DNA of 63,401 bases, the filler included, from Octopus bimaculoides (Eukaryota): NCBI RefSeq assembly GCF_001194135.2. It is 10 parts of 8 records of this genome, joined end to end, with 100 filler letters (N's around TTAATTAATTAA, not from the genome) between each part and the next. Parts side by side here need not be neighbours in the genome. Positions count along the whole stretch, not along the records: positions 10,101 to 20,361 come from NC_068981.1; positions 20,462 to 29,717 come from NC_068983.1; 8 more parts are not named here. The stretch is one strand, 5' to 3'. Of this stretch, positions 12,826 to 24,832 are shown one piece after another (position 1 is the first letter of the stretch; the number at the start of each line of letters is the position of its first letter). Below the pieces are notes generated by a model. The model did not search any database and was not told the origin of the DNA. It worked only from the letters and a program-made list of their open reading frames with translations. The position numbers were made by a program, and so were the translations under genes.

Positions 12826-13350
12826 CATCATCATCGTCGTCGTCGTTTAACGTCTGCTTCCGATGCTGGCATGGGTTGGACGGTTTGACTGAGGGCTGGC
12901 AGGCCAGAAATCTGCACCAGACTCCAACCTGATCTGGCAATGTTTCTACAGATGGATGCCCTTGCTAACGCCAACCACTCCGAGAGTGTAGTAAGTGCTT
13001 TGTACATGCCACCAGCACGGGACCAGTCACGCTCGAATGGTACTTGTTACGTGCCACCGGCACAGGTGGTACTGACATCGGCCACGACAACGACTTCACT
13101 TTCCTCAACAGGTCTTCGCTAGCGCAGTTTATTGCCCAATGATTGAAGGGTACGCTTAAATGGGCTGGTTACACTGCACTGGCATAGGCCACAGTTACGG
13201 TTTCACTTGGCTTGCCGGGTCTTCTCAAGCACAGCATATCTCCAAAGGTCACCGTCACTTGTCAACGCCTCGGTGAGGCCCAACGTTCGAAGGTCGTGCA
13301 TCACCACCTCATCCCAGATCTTCCTGGGTCTACTTCTTCCACAGGTTTCC
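12826..13350 (-). mobile_element. RTE-clade LINE 3' end with (GAT)n tail
   Basis: Minus frame CGRSRPRKIWDEVVMHDLRTLGLTEALTSDGDLWRYAVLEKTRQAK* is an RTE ORF C-terminus. The 3' UTR is shared with 34033 and 47575. Confidence 0.8.
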
Positions 13351-13409
13351 TCTACTGCTAGGATATACGTATAAGACACAGAGGGTCCCTAATTCTTCAT
13401 CAGCTATCA

Positions 13410-13477
<68 letters not shown>

Positions 13478-13702
13478 AATAATATATAAATATATGAATA
13501 TATACATACATATATGCACATACCTACATATGCATGTATATATACATGCATATACGGGTACAGGACATGAGAACAAAAACGTTGAACACAATGAGAAACG
13601 AAAACAAAAACAAAACATAGAAAACGAACTTTTTTTTCGAACAACGAAAAAAGCAAACAGAGAAACGAGACATGCAACCTAAAGAATATACCCCTTCTTC
13701 AG

Positions 13703-13735
13703 TTGTCCCTGTTTCATCTACTCCGCATTTCGAAG
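13703..13735 (+). CDS. Candidate 33-nt micro-exon of plus-strand gene
   Basis: ccccttcttcag|TT GTC...GAA G|gtaagg, phase 1-1, xVPVSSTPHFE-G. In phase with the 10437 and 15190 candidates. Confidence 0.35.
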
Positions 13736-13741
13736 GTAAGG

Positions 13742-13776
<35 letters not shown>

Positions 13777-13838
13777 GCTTAAGCTTTGACATCTACGTTT
13801 ATAAAGCAAAGGATTAAATCCAATAAAACCGAACATAC

Positions 13839-13947
13839 CTAAAGTTAATGACACATACGCTGACCCAAAACCTCCTCTACCTATCTTCTTCCTTTTTTTG
13901 TGTGAATCACTAAAATTCAATCCCATGATCTGATCTGAAGCTGACAT
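13839..13947 (-). CDS. Protein kinase exon containing the glycine-rich loop (subdomain I)
   Basis: MSASDQIMGLNFSDSHKKRKKIGRGGFGSAYVSLTL. Acceptor tttgtatatttag| lies 2 nt before the ATG; donor G|gtatgt. IGxGGFGxxY is a canonical kinase G-loop. Confidence 0.65.
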
Positions 13948-14310
13948 CGCTAAATATACAAAGCTCTTTACAAAATTCTGCACGCATGAAAAAACTTTGT
14001 TCTTGGTTTGAAGTCAGTATTCAACTATGGACACTATGTTTCGGTCACATTTATAACCTCATCCGCATTGTATAGTCCTATCTAACCTCAGCTTGTTACG
14101 CTTTACATATAGAGAAAATAGTTCAGCATATTTTATATTTCAATAAATGGATAATTTATTTCGAACGACTTTCACTACACCCACCACATTAACTTAATAC
14201 CCGAAATTCCCAGCTGCCAGCTTATTTCAATAATTTTTTCATTGCTCATTTTAGTTTCAAATATCCATGTTTGAGCATGTGGTGGTGGTGGTGGTGGTGG
14301 TGCGTGTGTG

Positions 14311-14348
<38 letters not shown>

Positions 14349-15001
14349 NNNNNNNNNNNNNNNNNNNNNNNNNNNNNNNNNNNNNNNNNNNNNNNNNNNN
14401 NNNNNNNNNNNNNNNNNNNNNNNNNNNNNNNNNNNNNNNNNNNNNNNNNNNNNNNNNNNNNNNNNNNNNNNNNNNNNNNNNNNNNNNNNNNNNNNNNNNN
14501 NNNNNNNNNNNNNNNNNNNNNNNNNNNNNNNNNNNNNNNNNNNNNNNNNNNNNNNNNNNNNNNNNNNNNNNNNNNNNNNNNNNNNNNNNNNNNNNNNNNN
14601 NNNNNNNNNNNNNNNNNNNNNNNNNNNNNNNNNNNNNNNNNNNNNNNNNNNNNNNNNNNNNNNNNNNNNNNNNNNNNNNNNNNNNNNNNNNNNNNNNNNN
14701 NNNNNNNNNNNNNNNNNNNNNNNNNNNNNNNNNNNNNNNNNNNNNNNNNNNNNNNNNNNNNNNNNNNNNNNNNNNNNNNNNNNNNNNNNNNNNNNNNNNN
14801 NNNNNNNNNNNNNNNNNNNNNNNNNNNNNNNNNNNNNNNNNNNNNNNNNNNNNNNNNNNNNNNNNNNNNNNNNNNNNNNNNNNNNNNNNNNNNNNNNNNN
14901 NNNNNNNNNNNNNNNNNNNNNNNNNNNNNNNNNNNNNNNNNNNNNNNNNNNNNNNNNNNNNNNNNNNNNNNNNNNNNNNNNNNNNNNNNNNNNNNNNNNN
15001 N

Positions 15002-15038
<37 letters not shown>

Positions 15039-15189
15039 CGCGTGTGCGTGTGTGTGTGTGCATGTGTGTGTGCGTACGTGTTAGCTATAGTCCCAGATTT
15101 GCTCAGTTTTATTTATACATCCAACCAAACTTCTGGAAAATACAGACGAAAGAAACAAACGGTCTCATGATTTTCAACACTACATTCAG

Positions 15190-15359
15190 GTAGTCATTTG
15201 GATTTCCTACATGCACAAGTGGCAATCCATACAAAGTTTGACACGGATCATACGTATCTATCAGGTTCACATTCAATTGCAGCTAGAATTATTGAAATGG
15301 TCACAAAACAGTTTTCAACACCTATTCTTCTAACACCGTGCTCTTCAGAGAGATGTCAG
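15190..15359 (+). CDS. Candidate exon of plus-strand gene
   Basis: acattcag|GT...CAG|gtaaat, phase 1 to 0; 56 open codons SHLDFLHAQVAIHTKFDTDHTYLSGSHSIAARIIEMVTKQFSTPILLTPCSSERCQ in unique sequence. No family recognised. Confidence 0.45.
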
Positions 15360-16928
15360 GTAAATATGCACATAACTAAGGAGTACAATTGCTCGAAAGA
15401 GAGCAAAATAGTGAAGTAAGATCAGATATTTAGTGAAAGAATGTCTACATATCTGTTAGCAATTGATATTTCTACTGCTAAGAAATGCATTAAACAATAT
15501 TTCTCATAAGTTGGATATTGTGTGATTTGTTCTGTATATCATTATTTGACTTAAAAGAAACAGACTATCAAAACCTGGCATTTGTGCTTTTAACTGTATA
15601 AAATCTCTGGGGAGCATCAATCTCACTACCTTTTGTAACCAAAGATCACCAAACGCCCATGGTTATTTTAGTTATAATTGCAAATGCTGTGTTAATAATT
15701 GCTTTCATGTTTGTTTTTTGTTTTTTTTTTTAGATTCCTTACTGAGAGTATTGCAGTTGTGGTTTATATCATCGTAGTCGTAGTAGACATCATTGTTATT
15801 GTTGCTGCTGCTGTCATTGTTGATGCTATTGTTGATGCTACTGTTACTGTGATTGATGTTGCTTGTTTATTCCATGTAACAAGACTTCAACACTGTGTTG
15901 TTCTCACGATGACACCAGTTAAATTGGTTGGAATAACTGCGTCTCAAACACAGACGCTATTTTCTTCCACTCTTGGTACGTCTTAGACATCTGGAATGTT
16001 TCATTATACGAAATGTTAAAGCATTTAAATAGGGTACCTTTGTATGGACTTGAATGTCTGTCTGTCTGTCTGTTTGTCTGTTTTATGACAGTAGCACACA
16101 CACTTTTGTCTGTTTCTTAATTTCTCTTTCTTTCTCGCAAACATTCTTTCTCTCTCTTACACTCTCTCCCTTCTCTATCTATCCCTGCCAAGTATGTATA
16201 TATTAATGCACAATTGCACGAGAGAGTGTTTGCGTGTGTGCTCGCACGCGTGTGTATGTGTGTGTGCACTCTTATAACTCCGCATTAATACACTTACTCT
16301 CTAAGTATTCCTCCAGTATAAAATAAATCGACCATGATGTCTAAACAAATATGAATGACCAGAAGGCATACATCGAAACGTATATACATTCAAACACAGA
16401 TACCTGGATACACACATGCACCCATACATTCATAGTTACGAGTATACATGCCGATATAAGAATATAGATTCATATATCCATCACTCCATCAAACATAGAC
16501 ATATGTAGGCACAAGTATAAATACACACATGCATATATACAGACATACATGCATATATTCATACTTACATACTCAGAATTGCATATAAAAACTTGTACAC
16601 ATAACAACATAAACATATATACATAAACAAAAGCCAATATGTAAATCAGTGTAAGCAATGGCATCAATGTTTGCACACATACGTCGGTATGCTTATACGT
16701 ATACATGTACACATTCATACATACATATAACATGCCAACTTCAACAGGCGTAGGGAACCATTTTTTGAATGTTTTCTTCTACGGTTGTGTCATCTCTTCC
16801 AGCTTAAATCAATAACTGGTTCTTTCTTCTTTTATATAAACAGAGAAATACCTTTTACTTACCGATGTAACGTTATTCAGAACGGATTGCAAGAAATATG
16901 TTACACAGTGAAGAATTTCGCTTTTAAG

Positions 16929-17012
16929 ATCATCACGATATTGAGAACAGCAACACCAGCACGGATACCAACACAACCAGTGCTATGCCACCTTTAGTTT
17001 GGTTAAGACTAC
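16929..17012 (+). CDS. Candidate exon of plus-strand gene
   Basis: cgcttttaag|AT...CTA C|gtatgt, phase 1-1; HHDIENSNTSTDTNTTSAMPPLVWLRL with two N-glycosylation sequons. Confidence 0.3.
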
Positions 17013-17589
17013 GTATGTGCACTTCTCAGTTCACTTGATTTTTACATTTAAATCAAGATCTACTTTGGTGCTGTGAAACAAACTGAGATGAACCTTCTGT
17101 AGTCTCGTACATCTCTATATGTAAGGGATTCGATAGAAATGACTTCTAATATATTCAACTTAAGAATATTTTGAAACAACAGCTTTAAAAAATCTTTTCC
17201 ATCTTTTCCAAACTGTGGTTGAGTGGCAGACAATAATTAATGCGATTAACAAAAAAGCCAATTGTTAACAGTTAACAGTTATAAATGTTAATAGTTATTA
17301 ATGATGCTGGAGGGCGTATAGTATTATGTGAAGTTAATCACTGGCTAATCAATATCTTCCTATACACTCCTGCTCTTACTCTTAAAAAACACCTGAGGAC
17401 AAACTTGCAGTGAACGTACCTATGAAATTACTAAACGGGAGCAATCCATTTCGAAAACAAAGGTGAAGACAACACCAACAATCAGTGGCGCCATAATAGA
17501 TGGTTAACTACGATAGTAAAATGTAAGGGAATACAGGATTCACCAATTGCTACATACGTAAAAACTAAAACAAATCTCTACGGCGATTT

Positions 17590-18215
17590 CTATCTCAAGC
17601 TCTTCAGGAAGAGCTGATAGTTTAAAGCGCCAACTCGTGACACTGGACGTAAAATTTCGATATCGTAGAAATATTTTCGAACGAGCACATAGGAATCACA
17701 GTTTTGCTTCTAATCCGCCGGCATTTTACCGAGAGATGAGGAGGGAAAGCATTACCGCTAAGAAAGCCCCTTCTCAGGAAATGTTTTAGTCTTTATGGTA
17801 CAAGATATTGAATGAGAACTGAATACAGTTACGAAAGAATACGGTGCTAACTTTGACAGTTAAACATATACAATTAATTCTGACAACTTCACCCTAGGTG
17901 TAGACAAACTACATAATGGGAAGACACCTGGAAGAGATATAACATTTGAATACTAGTAAAAGACTAATCTTCAACTGTTTATGTCTATGCTCAAAAGTAT
18001 TATTAAAGGCCAGATTCACATTACCAAATTGGCTTGCTATATCACAAGTAAATTTTCTAACCAAGAACGACACAATCGTATGGGTTAAAAGTCATAGATC
18101 AATTGCTTGCCTAAACATTATGTATAAGCTCTACAGAAGGCTTTTAAAAGCAATTCCTGTGAATCAAAGAACATACATAGTGACCGATGGTCAGGCAGAT
18201 AGAATGGAAGAGTTC
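17590..18215 (+). mobile_element. R4/Dong-like non-LTR retrotransposon RT remnant
   Basis: Broken frames LKRQLVTLDVKFRYRRNIFERAHRNHSFASNPPAFYREMRRESI and LPNWLAISQVNFLTK...HRSIACLNIMYKLY resemble the pre-RT region and RT motif 1-2 (RPIACLN..YK) of R4/Dong elements. Stops and frameshifts present. Confidence 0.65.
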
Positions 18216-18735
18216 GTCAGTGTCTGACGTCTCCCAGTGTCTGTGCTTTCTTGTGTGCATTCTGAACAATTTTATCCGCTTTAAGCTTCTCTCTACTTCG
18301 AGAGATGGTAGGTGGAATAAAAAAATTTTGTTAAAAACCATGAAACTGTTTTGCAGTTTTAACTGTGTTTCAAACTTTCAGTAGTACTTTAAGAAAACTT
18401 CCCTAACACAAGATTTACCTTTATTATTTCTAATAGATTAAATCTAAAAAGAGAAATGAAAATTGAGTTATCAGGTGTTAAAATGAGTGTACGTGTTTTG
18501 TAACACCTTATATACCTATGTGTGTGCAAATGTGTGTGTATACATATGTATACGTACGTATTAGATTATTCCCGCTTGTATGCGTGTCTGCGTATCTGTA
18601 TGTTAGAATTTGTGAGCATGTATGTATGTAAAATGTGTGCGCGTTTCGGTGCGTTTCTCCCATAAGACACGTCACCGAAATATTATCCATTGGTTCATTA
18701 AAAAGCTATCCAACGCCTACTTTGCTAAAAAATAG

Positions 18736-18838
18736 ACCTGATGAAGATGATGACGACGACAACGATGGTGACGACGACGATGATGATGATGATTATCAGG
18801 TGCAAGAGAATGGTGGAACCGAGAAAGATGAGCTGTGA
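18736..18838 (+). CDS. Probable terminal exon: Asp-rich tail ending in KDEL (ER-resident protein)
   Basis: PDEDDDDDNDGDDDDDDDDYQVQENGGTEKDEL-TGA with mixed GAT/GAC codons; AATAAA at 19039-19044. The acceptor is uncertain (aatag| or ttatcag|). Confidence 0.55.
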
Positions 18839-19986
18839 AGAATAATGAGAAACAAAAAAAATTGGCAGCCCTTGTTTATGATAATTATAATATTTGGCAA
18901 GTCCTTGTCATTCCCACCCTATGGTTATTGTTTTTTTTTTGTTTTTTTTTATTCTTGTTTAGAGCGACCCCGAATAATTAAATCTGTAATGAATAATTTG
19001 ATAGTTTGGTCCTATTTTTCGAGAGCAGTCTACACCGTAATAAATTAACTATTATTATTTGGAAATATTTCTACCGAAGTTTTCAACGTGTTTGAAAACA
19101 GTTGTCACTAATTATACAGTAAACATACAAATATGTATTCATGCTAGCATACATACATATGTGCATGTCTAGACATGCAACTAAATACGTGAGAATACAT
19201 ACAAAAATACCTTGTTGATGGCTATAGAAATTCCAATGAAGGAGCCTTGGATCTAGATTAGAAACTGGCTCTTTCTCTATTGGCAAGAAATTTTGAAATA
19301 AAACTGCATAATGACATACATACATGCATACATACATAAATACATACATGCATACATGCTTATATACATACATACATACATACATATACACATATACATG
19401 TATACGTATATATATTCCACTAGCGAAACGTGAATTTCCTAAGTTAAACCTTGCATCTATGCATGTGTGTATGTATGTTTTTATGCATGTATTTATGTAC
19501 ATATGTATGTATGTATGTTTGTATGTATGTATGTATGTTTATGTGTGTGCATGTGTGTTTGTCTATATGTGCATGTATGTATGTAAATGTATGTATATTA
19601 TATATTATACACATGTACGTATATTTATTCATTTATACATGTCCACATATACGCACACTCACAAATATACATTGGTAGATAGATACACGCATACACACAC
19701 ATTACACATATATATATATGTAAATAGGTAGATGAATAGATGAATATATGGATGTACAGAGGGGTTTATGTATGTATATATGCTTGTGCAAGTACATACA
19801 GATGCACACACAACCACACACACATCTGTGCACGCGCATATGTATATGAATGTATTTATTATTTATGTATGTATTTATAAACATTTGTATGTACAAGAAT
19901 GAATGACAGACTTAGAAACAAAAACCAACTCCCGTCCATTTTTGCGCTTTGAATTCGGTAATGTTTTTTCATATTTTTCATTTCAG

Positions 19987-20057
19987 CGCTTACAGCAAAC
20001 TGTTGTTTTAACCGTATCTTTGAAGGAAGAAAACGTAAAAATAATGGCAAAGATTAA
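19987..20057 (+). CDS. Candidate alternative terminal exon
   Basis: Strong acceptor ttttttcatatttttcatttcag|CG, phase 1; xLTANCCFNRIFEGRKRKNNGKD*. Confidence 0.25.
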
Positions 20058-20604
20058 TAATTCAAGAATGCCAAACATGAAGATGGAAATGATGCAGAAA
20101 AGAAGATGACATTGATAGTTTGGTGCTATGAATGATGGAGACGAAACCTGTTGTGAAAGGAAGATAGATGAGCTTGTAATTATAACTGAAGGTAGAGAAC
20201 ATTATTTTCTCATCTTGAGGGAATTATCCAAATACATTTTGAATGAAAGACAAGAATTGTCTTACGTCTTACCCATATCCAGTAAGAATCCATAGGCTGA
20301 CGCATGCATGTATACACACACACATACACACACTCATATACGCATAACACACATGCATATGNNNNNNNNNNNNNNNNNNNNNNNNNNNNNNNNNNNNNNN
20401 NNNNNTTAATTAATTAANNNNNNNNNNNNNNNNNNNNNNNNNNNNNNNNNNNNNNNNNNNNCTCTCTTTCTCTCAGTCAATCACTCACACCCTCACTCAA
20501 AAAAGATGCGTGGAAAAATAAATAAAAAAGAGTACGCTGTCATTCTCACTCTTCGTCACACACACACACGTACACCTTCACTCTCTCTCTCTCTCTCTCT
20601 CTAA

Positions 20605-20644
<40 letters not shown>

Positions 20645-20779
20645 TACACACATACACACATACACACACACACAACACACACTTTAAATTTATTATTCAA
20701 TTTTCAATAAGGTAAACTCTTAAATTATTAGTTGACACATTATTCATTAGGATAATAACATAGCCTGAAAAAGACATGG

Positions 20780-21018
20780 ATTACATGGAAAATGCGAGCA
20801 AGAGAAATAATATTCTTAAGATTATAAACCTGGAAAAGTACAGGACAAGTTATTACATCCGGTAAAGTATAGAGCAAAAGACCTTTTACTTAAAATATTA
20901 CAGCTAAGTAAAAAGTTCCTTGTTCTATACTTTAGCGGATGTAATAACTTGTCCTGAACTTTTCCAGGTTTATAATCTTAAGAATATTATTTCTCTTGCT
21001 CACATTTTTCCATGTAAT
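20780..21018. repeat. Near-perfect about 240-bp palindrome (MITE/foldback-like)
   Basis: Arms of about 113 bp (attacatggaaaat...ttttactta and taagtaaaaag...ttttccatgtaat) around a loop of about 13 nt; few mismatches. Confidence 0.9.
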
Positions 21019-22200
21019 AAAACACATATTGCAAGTTTTGTACCATCCCCTTGAGACCCAACTACACTCTGGCTGAAAAATATAGAAACTTCATAAGTAA
21101 TATTAATGGCTTAAATTCAGTGGCGGCGTTAATGAAGATGTTACGCATCAATTTAATGTTAAACTTATCTTTATTAATGTATATCGAATTATACATAGAT
21201 ATATACAAGATTTACATAGATATAAGAGTTAGAACTTGTGATCCGCCCGCGGACCTTTTTCTTTATAAACTTTTGCCCGCAGCACTAAAAAGTTTCTCCA
21301 CCCCTGGACTAGGTGAACAGATTCGATTTTGAAGCGAGAACTAGCTTTCAGTTAACAAGCGAAGAACGACAATTTTAACGACTACATTTTAGAGTAATCT
21401 CCCTTGCATTATTTACACTAAAATTTTGGCTGATTGTCTTAAGGACGCCGTAATAGTGTGTTTCCTTGAAATACGGTTAGATATAAAACAATTGAAATAT
21501 ATATTTAAAAAATGTAGGGTTACACAGATTGGAAACACAATACATATAATAATTGTGTATATCTATATATACGACATTATATACATTGTGAGTATATTCA
21601 TTCTTCTGAGTCCTGGTACTTTATCGAAGAATCGAGTTTCCCCAATACCCACCGATATATAATTAAATTTTGTCAGTAGTCGAGTTGCGAAGATGCTTGG
21701 GCTTTCTCGACTCCGATGCTACAGCACTAATTGCCCATAATGAGTTTCAGGATTTCAGAGACTGGTTCAAGGAAGAGTGCTGGTGCCAGATATAATGAAA
21801 TATGAGACCAAACCTGAATGTTTATAACAGTGAATTCAGCTAAAGGCATCCAAGTTTGTGGTGTTAATCCGAGCGATGAATTAAGTCTACCACTCAGCTA
21901 CGTCTATTAATTGAACACGAATGGACGCTTGATGACGAGATCTCAAATAGAATCTGAAATAGCAAATTATNNNNNNNNNNNNNNNNNNNNNNNNNNNNNN
22001 NNNNNNNNNNNNNNNNNNNNNNNNNNNNNNNNNNNNNNNNNNNNNNNNNNNNNNNNNNNNNNNNNNNNNNNNNNNNNNNNNNNNNNNNNNNNNNNNNNNN
22101 NNNNNNNNNNNNNNNNNNNNNNNNNNNNNNNNNNNNNNNNNNNNNNNNNNNNNNNNNNNNNNNNNNNNNNNNNNNNNNNNNNNNNNNNNNNNNNNNNNNN

Positions 22201-22262
<62 letters not shown>

Positions 22263-23289
22263 CACGGCTGCAACAGTAAAGTCAACAGCTATGAAACTTA
22301 AGGCCAGTCCAACAAGCCAACTTGCTTTGAGAGGAAGTACTCATACCTGATTGGATGTCTTGTGTAATATGCTTCTTCGTCGCTCGGGTTAACTTCGACT
22401 GGTTACATCACATCTTTACACTGACTATCTTAGTAGCCAACTTCATACTAACTATCTTTTTACTGTTTATTTACGTCTTCATCTTCACACACCTCGTTCT
22501 TTACGTCACCAACTGATACTGCACGTTCCATTACCAATTCAAATCGTCCGCCTCACAGCAAAGGCCCACAAAACAAAGAAAAACGTGCAGCATGCTTCAA
22601 ATTGATCACGTGATCAACAAGGTTATTTCTCCTTCGTGATACTACCCCATCCCTAGACCTTTGTCGAACCTACAAAAGTATACAACATTTATAACTTCAG
22701 TCCTTACGGTGCTATCTTGCTCTTCTTTCCTGACTTCCCACAGCGCTAGCCACCTCTTCCAACCATCTCTTGTTCTTTCTTCTTCAAACAGCCCTCTCAT
22801 TTATGTTCTGACTTTTTGCTGTACCAACAACTTTCATTAAGTTTTCCTACTTCACATATTTGCCCCTTCCTTGCTTTGAATCCGGAACTGTAGCCCACCT
22901 GAAAACTTCCCGTGCTAGATCTTACATGCTAATCAAATTCCAGAGCTCTAGCCACTTAAACTTTGAGCTCTGCACTGCCCAGAGCGTCGATAAATTGCTC
23001 TTTCAGAAGAAGAGCCAAGAGGTCAGGTGTTGCCGTAGAGTATACCTTATGTGCCACGTGTTGTGATTTTAGTTTTGATCACGTGATTGCCTGCAGTGCG
23101 ACTGTTTGCAGCACGACGTGTTCAGTGTTGGTTTTAGCTAGTCGAGAATGTAGCAACTCGCCGCATAAAACTGTTATTGCGTTGAAGTTTGGTTTTGCTT
23201 ACAATTTAGCAATCTTTGTTTGTATTGTATATTGCTGTATTTTTAGTCGATTAAAACCTTTTAAACTTTGATATTCAATAATACAGTTC

Positions 23290-24012
23290 TATATTTAAGA
23301 GATGAGGAATTATGTACATTATTTACATTCAACGGATATTTGTCCTCATCTTGTTTGTCGTTAACACAAACTTTTCGGCTGATATACCCTCCAGCCTTTT
23401 CCAGTTGTCTTGGAGAAATTTCGAACCTGGGTTCTCATTCCTAAGGTATTTTTCAATATGATTTATCATTATTATTGTTGTTCTTTGTTCAGGTCACTGC
23501 TTAGAATGGTTAGTAGCCCGCGCTCTTAACCACTACTCCATATGCCCGTGAGCAATTATGGAGTGAATTTTAGGGCTTATAAATCTAATATTTTCTATCC
23601 TTCCTTAATACCGGTTCCCATATACTGCTTATATCTGCGCTCGGTCTGCTTAGGAGGTTGTTGTGTCCTAGCATATGTGCTGCTTCTTTTAGTTTTCGTG
23701 TTTTCCAGTGGTGTTCTCTGTCTATTATTTTAACTTCATCCCACAGGGATGGGGGGGGGTCTCCATTTTTCCATACGTGATCAGCTATACCCGATTTATC
23801 AATATCTCCTCGTGTCACAGCTTTGCGATGTTCGTCTACTCTTATTTTGAGGGGGCGACATGTTTCGCCTTTGTATAACCTACCACAGCTGCATGGGATG
23901 GAGTACACGCAGTCTGGTCATATTCCCTTCTATTGGTGGTTTTACTCGAAGGAGATATTTGCGAAGTGTTGTATTACTCTTGAATACTGTTCTGATGTCA
24001 TATTTATTTTCG
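23290..24012 (-). mobile_element. Penelope-like element 3' fragment (GIY-YIG endonuclease plus 3' terminus)
   Basis: KYDIRTVFKSNTTLRKYL, then after a frameshift YSIPCSCGRLYKGETCRPLKIRVDEHRKA...RKLKEAAH (ORF 23585-23908). Degenerate hammerhead at 23362-23412. Confidence 0.9.
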
Positions 24013-24099
24013 CCAGACGGCGTTTCGAACTCGATTAATGAATTCTGAGGGTGTACGAGCTTTATACTGTATTCTGCCATGTTCCTAACGGGATATAAC

Positions 24100-24160
<61 letters not shown>

Positions 24161-24195
24161 TGCGTGCGTGCACGCGTGTATGTGANNNNNNNNNN

Positions 24196-24253
<58 letters not shown>

Positions 24254-24288
24254 TGCGTGCGTGCACGCGTGTATGTGAGGGCGCATAG

Positions 24289-24481
24289 CCTAGCGGTTAG
24301 GGCGCTGCACTCACAAGCGTGAGTTCATTTCCTAGACAGGGTGGTGCGTTGTACTCTTGAGCAAAACACTTCATCTCATGTTGCTCTGCGATCACTTCGA
24401 CGCTTAACACGTCATACATGTACACAGTGCACCTGCTTAGATAACCTCAATTTGGTGGAGGGAGTGAGCTAATGCGCGGCA
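24289..24481 (+). mobile_element. SINE family C partial copy
   Basis: gcgcatagcctagcggttagggcgctgcactc...gtgagttcatttcc head followed by ccttgagcaaaacacttc-like body, as at 9697-9999. Confidence 0.65.
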
Positions 24482-24725
24482 TCATTCTAAGCCAATAAAA
24501 GAAATCCCGTTTGATTTGCCTTCTCAGAATCCAAATACGTTGGGTATTTACATTTTTTTATCGTGCTTAGTCAATCAAGAAGAGACATAATTATAATTAT
24601 TATAATTTCTGCTTTAATCAATACTCAAATGAAATTTTTAGTCAGCAGCCACACAAACACTCGCATTTAGTTTCAAATTTCGATGACATAATACCGAATT
24701 CTAACATAAACCAACGAAGCATTAA

Positions 24726-24832
24726 TCAAATATTAAGTTTTATTCCTTGTTCGAAAAATTCAGTTTGGACCCTTGCATCTACTCTTTCACTTTGTTCTAC
24801 AGTCAGCCATTTCTTCCATGTGTCCAATTTAC
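24726..24832 (-). CDS. Sulfotransferase-like gene, terminal exon
   Basis: attttcag|GT AAA..., phase 1; (G)KLDTWKKWLTVEQSERVDARVQTEFFEQGIKLNI-TGA with the KxxxTVxxxE motif. ATTAAA on - at 24613-24618. Confidence 0.9.

Noticed and set aside
24100-24290. Direct duplication either side of a 10-N gap (also 39000-39135)
   Set aside because: Overlapping contig ends; scaffolding artefact.
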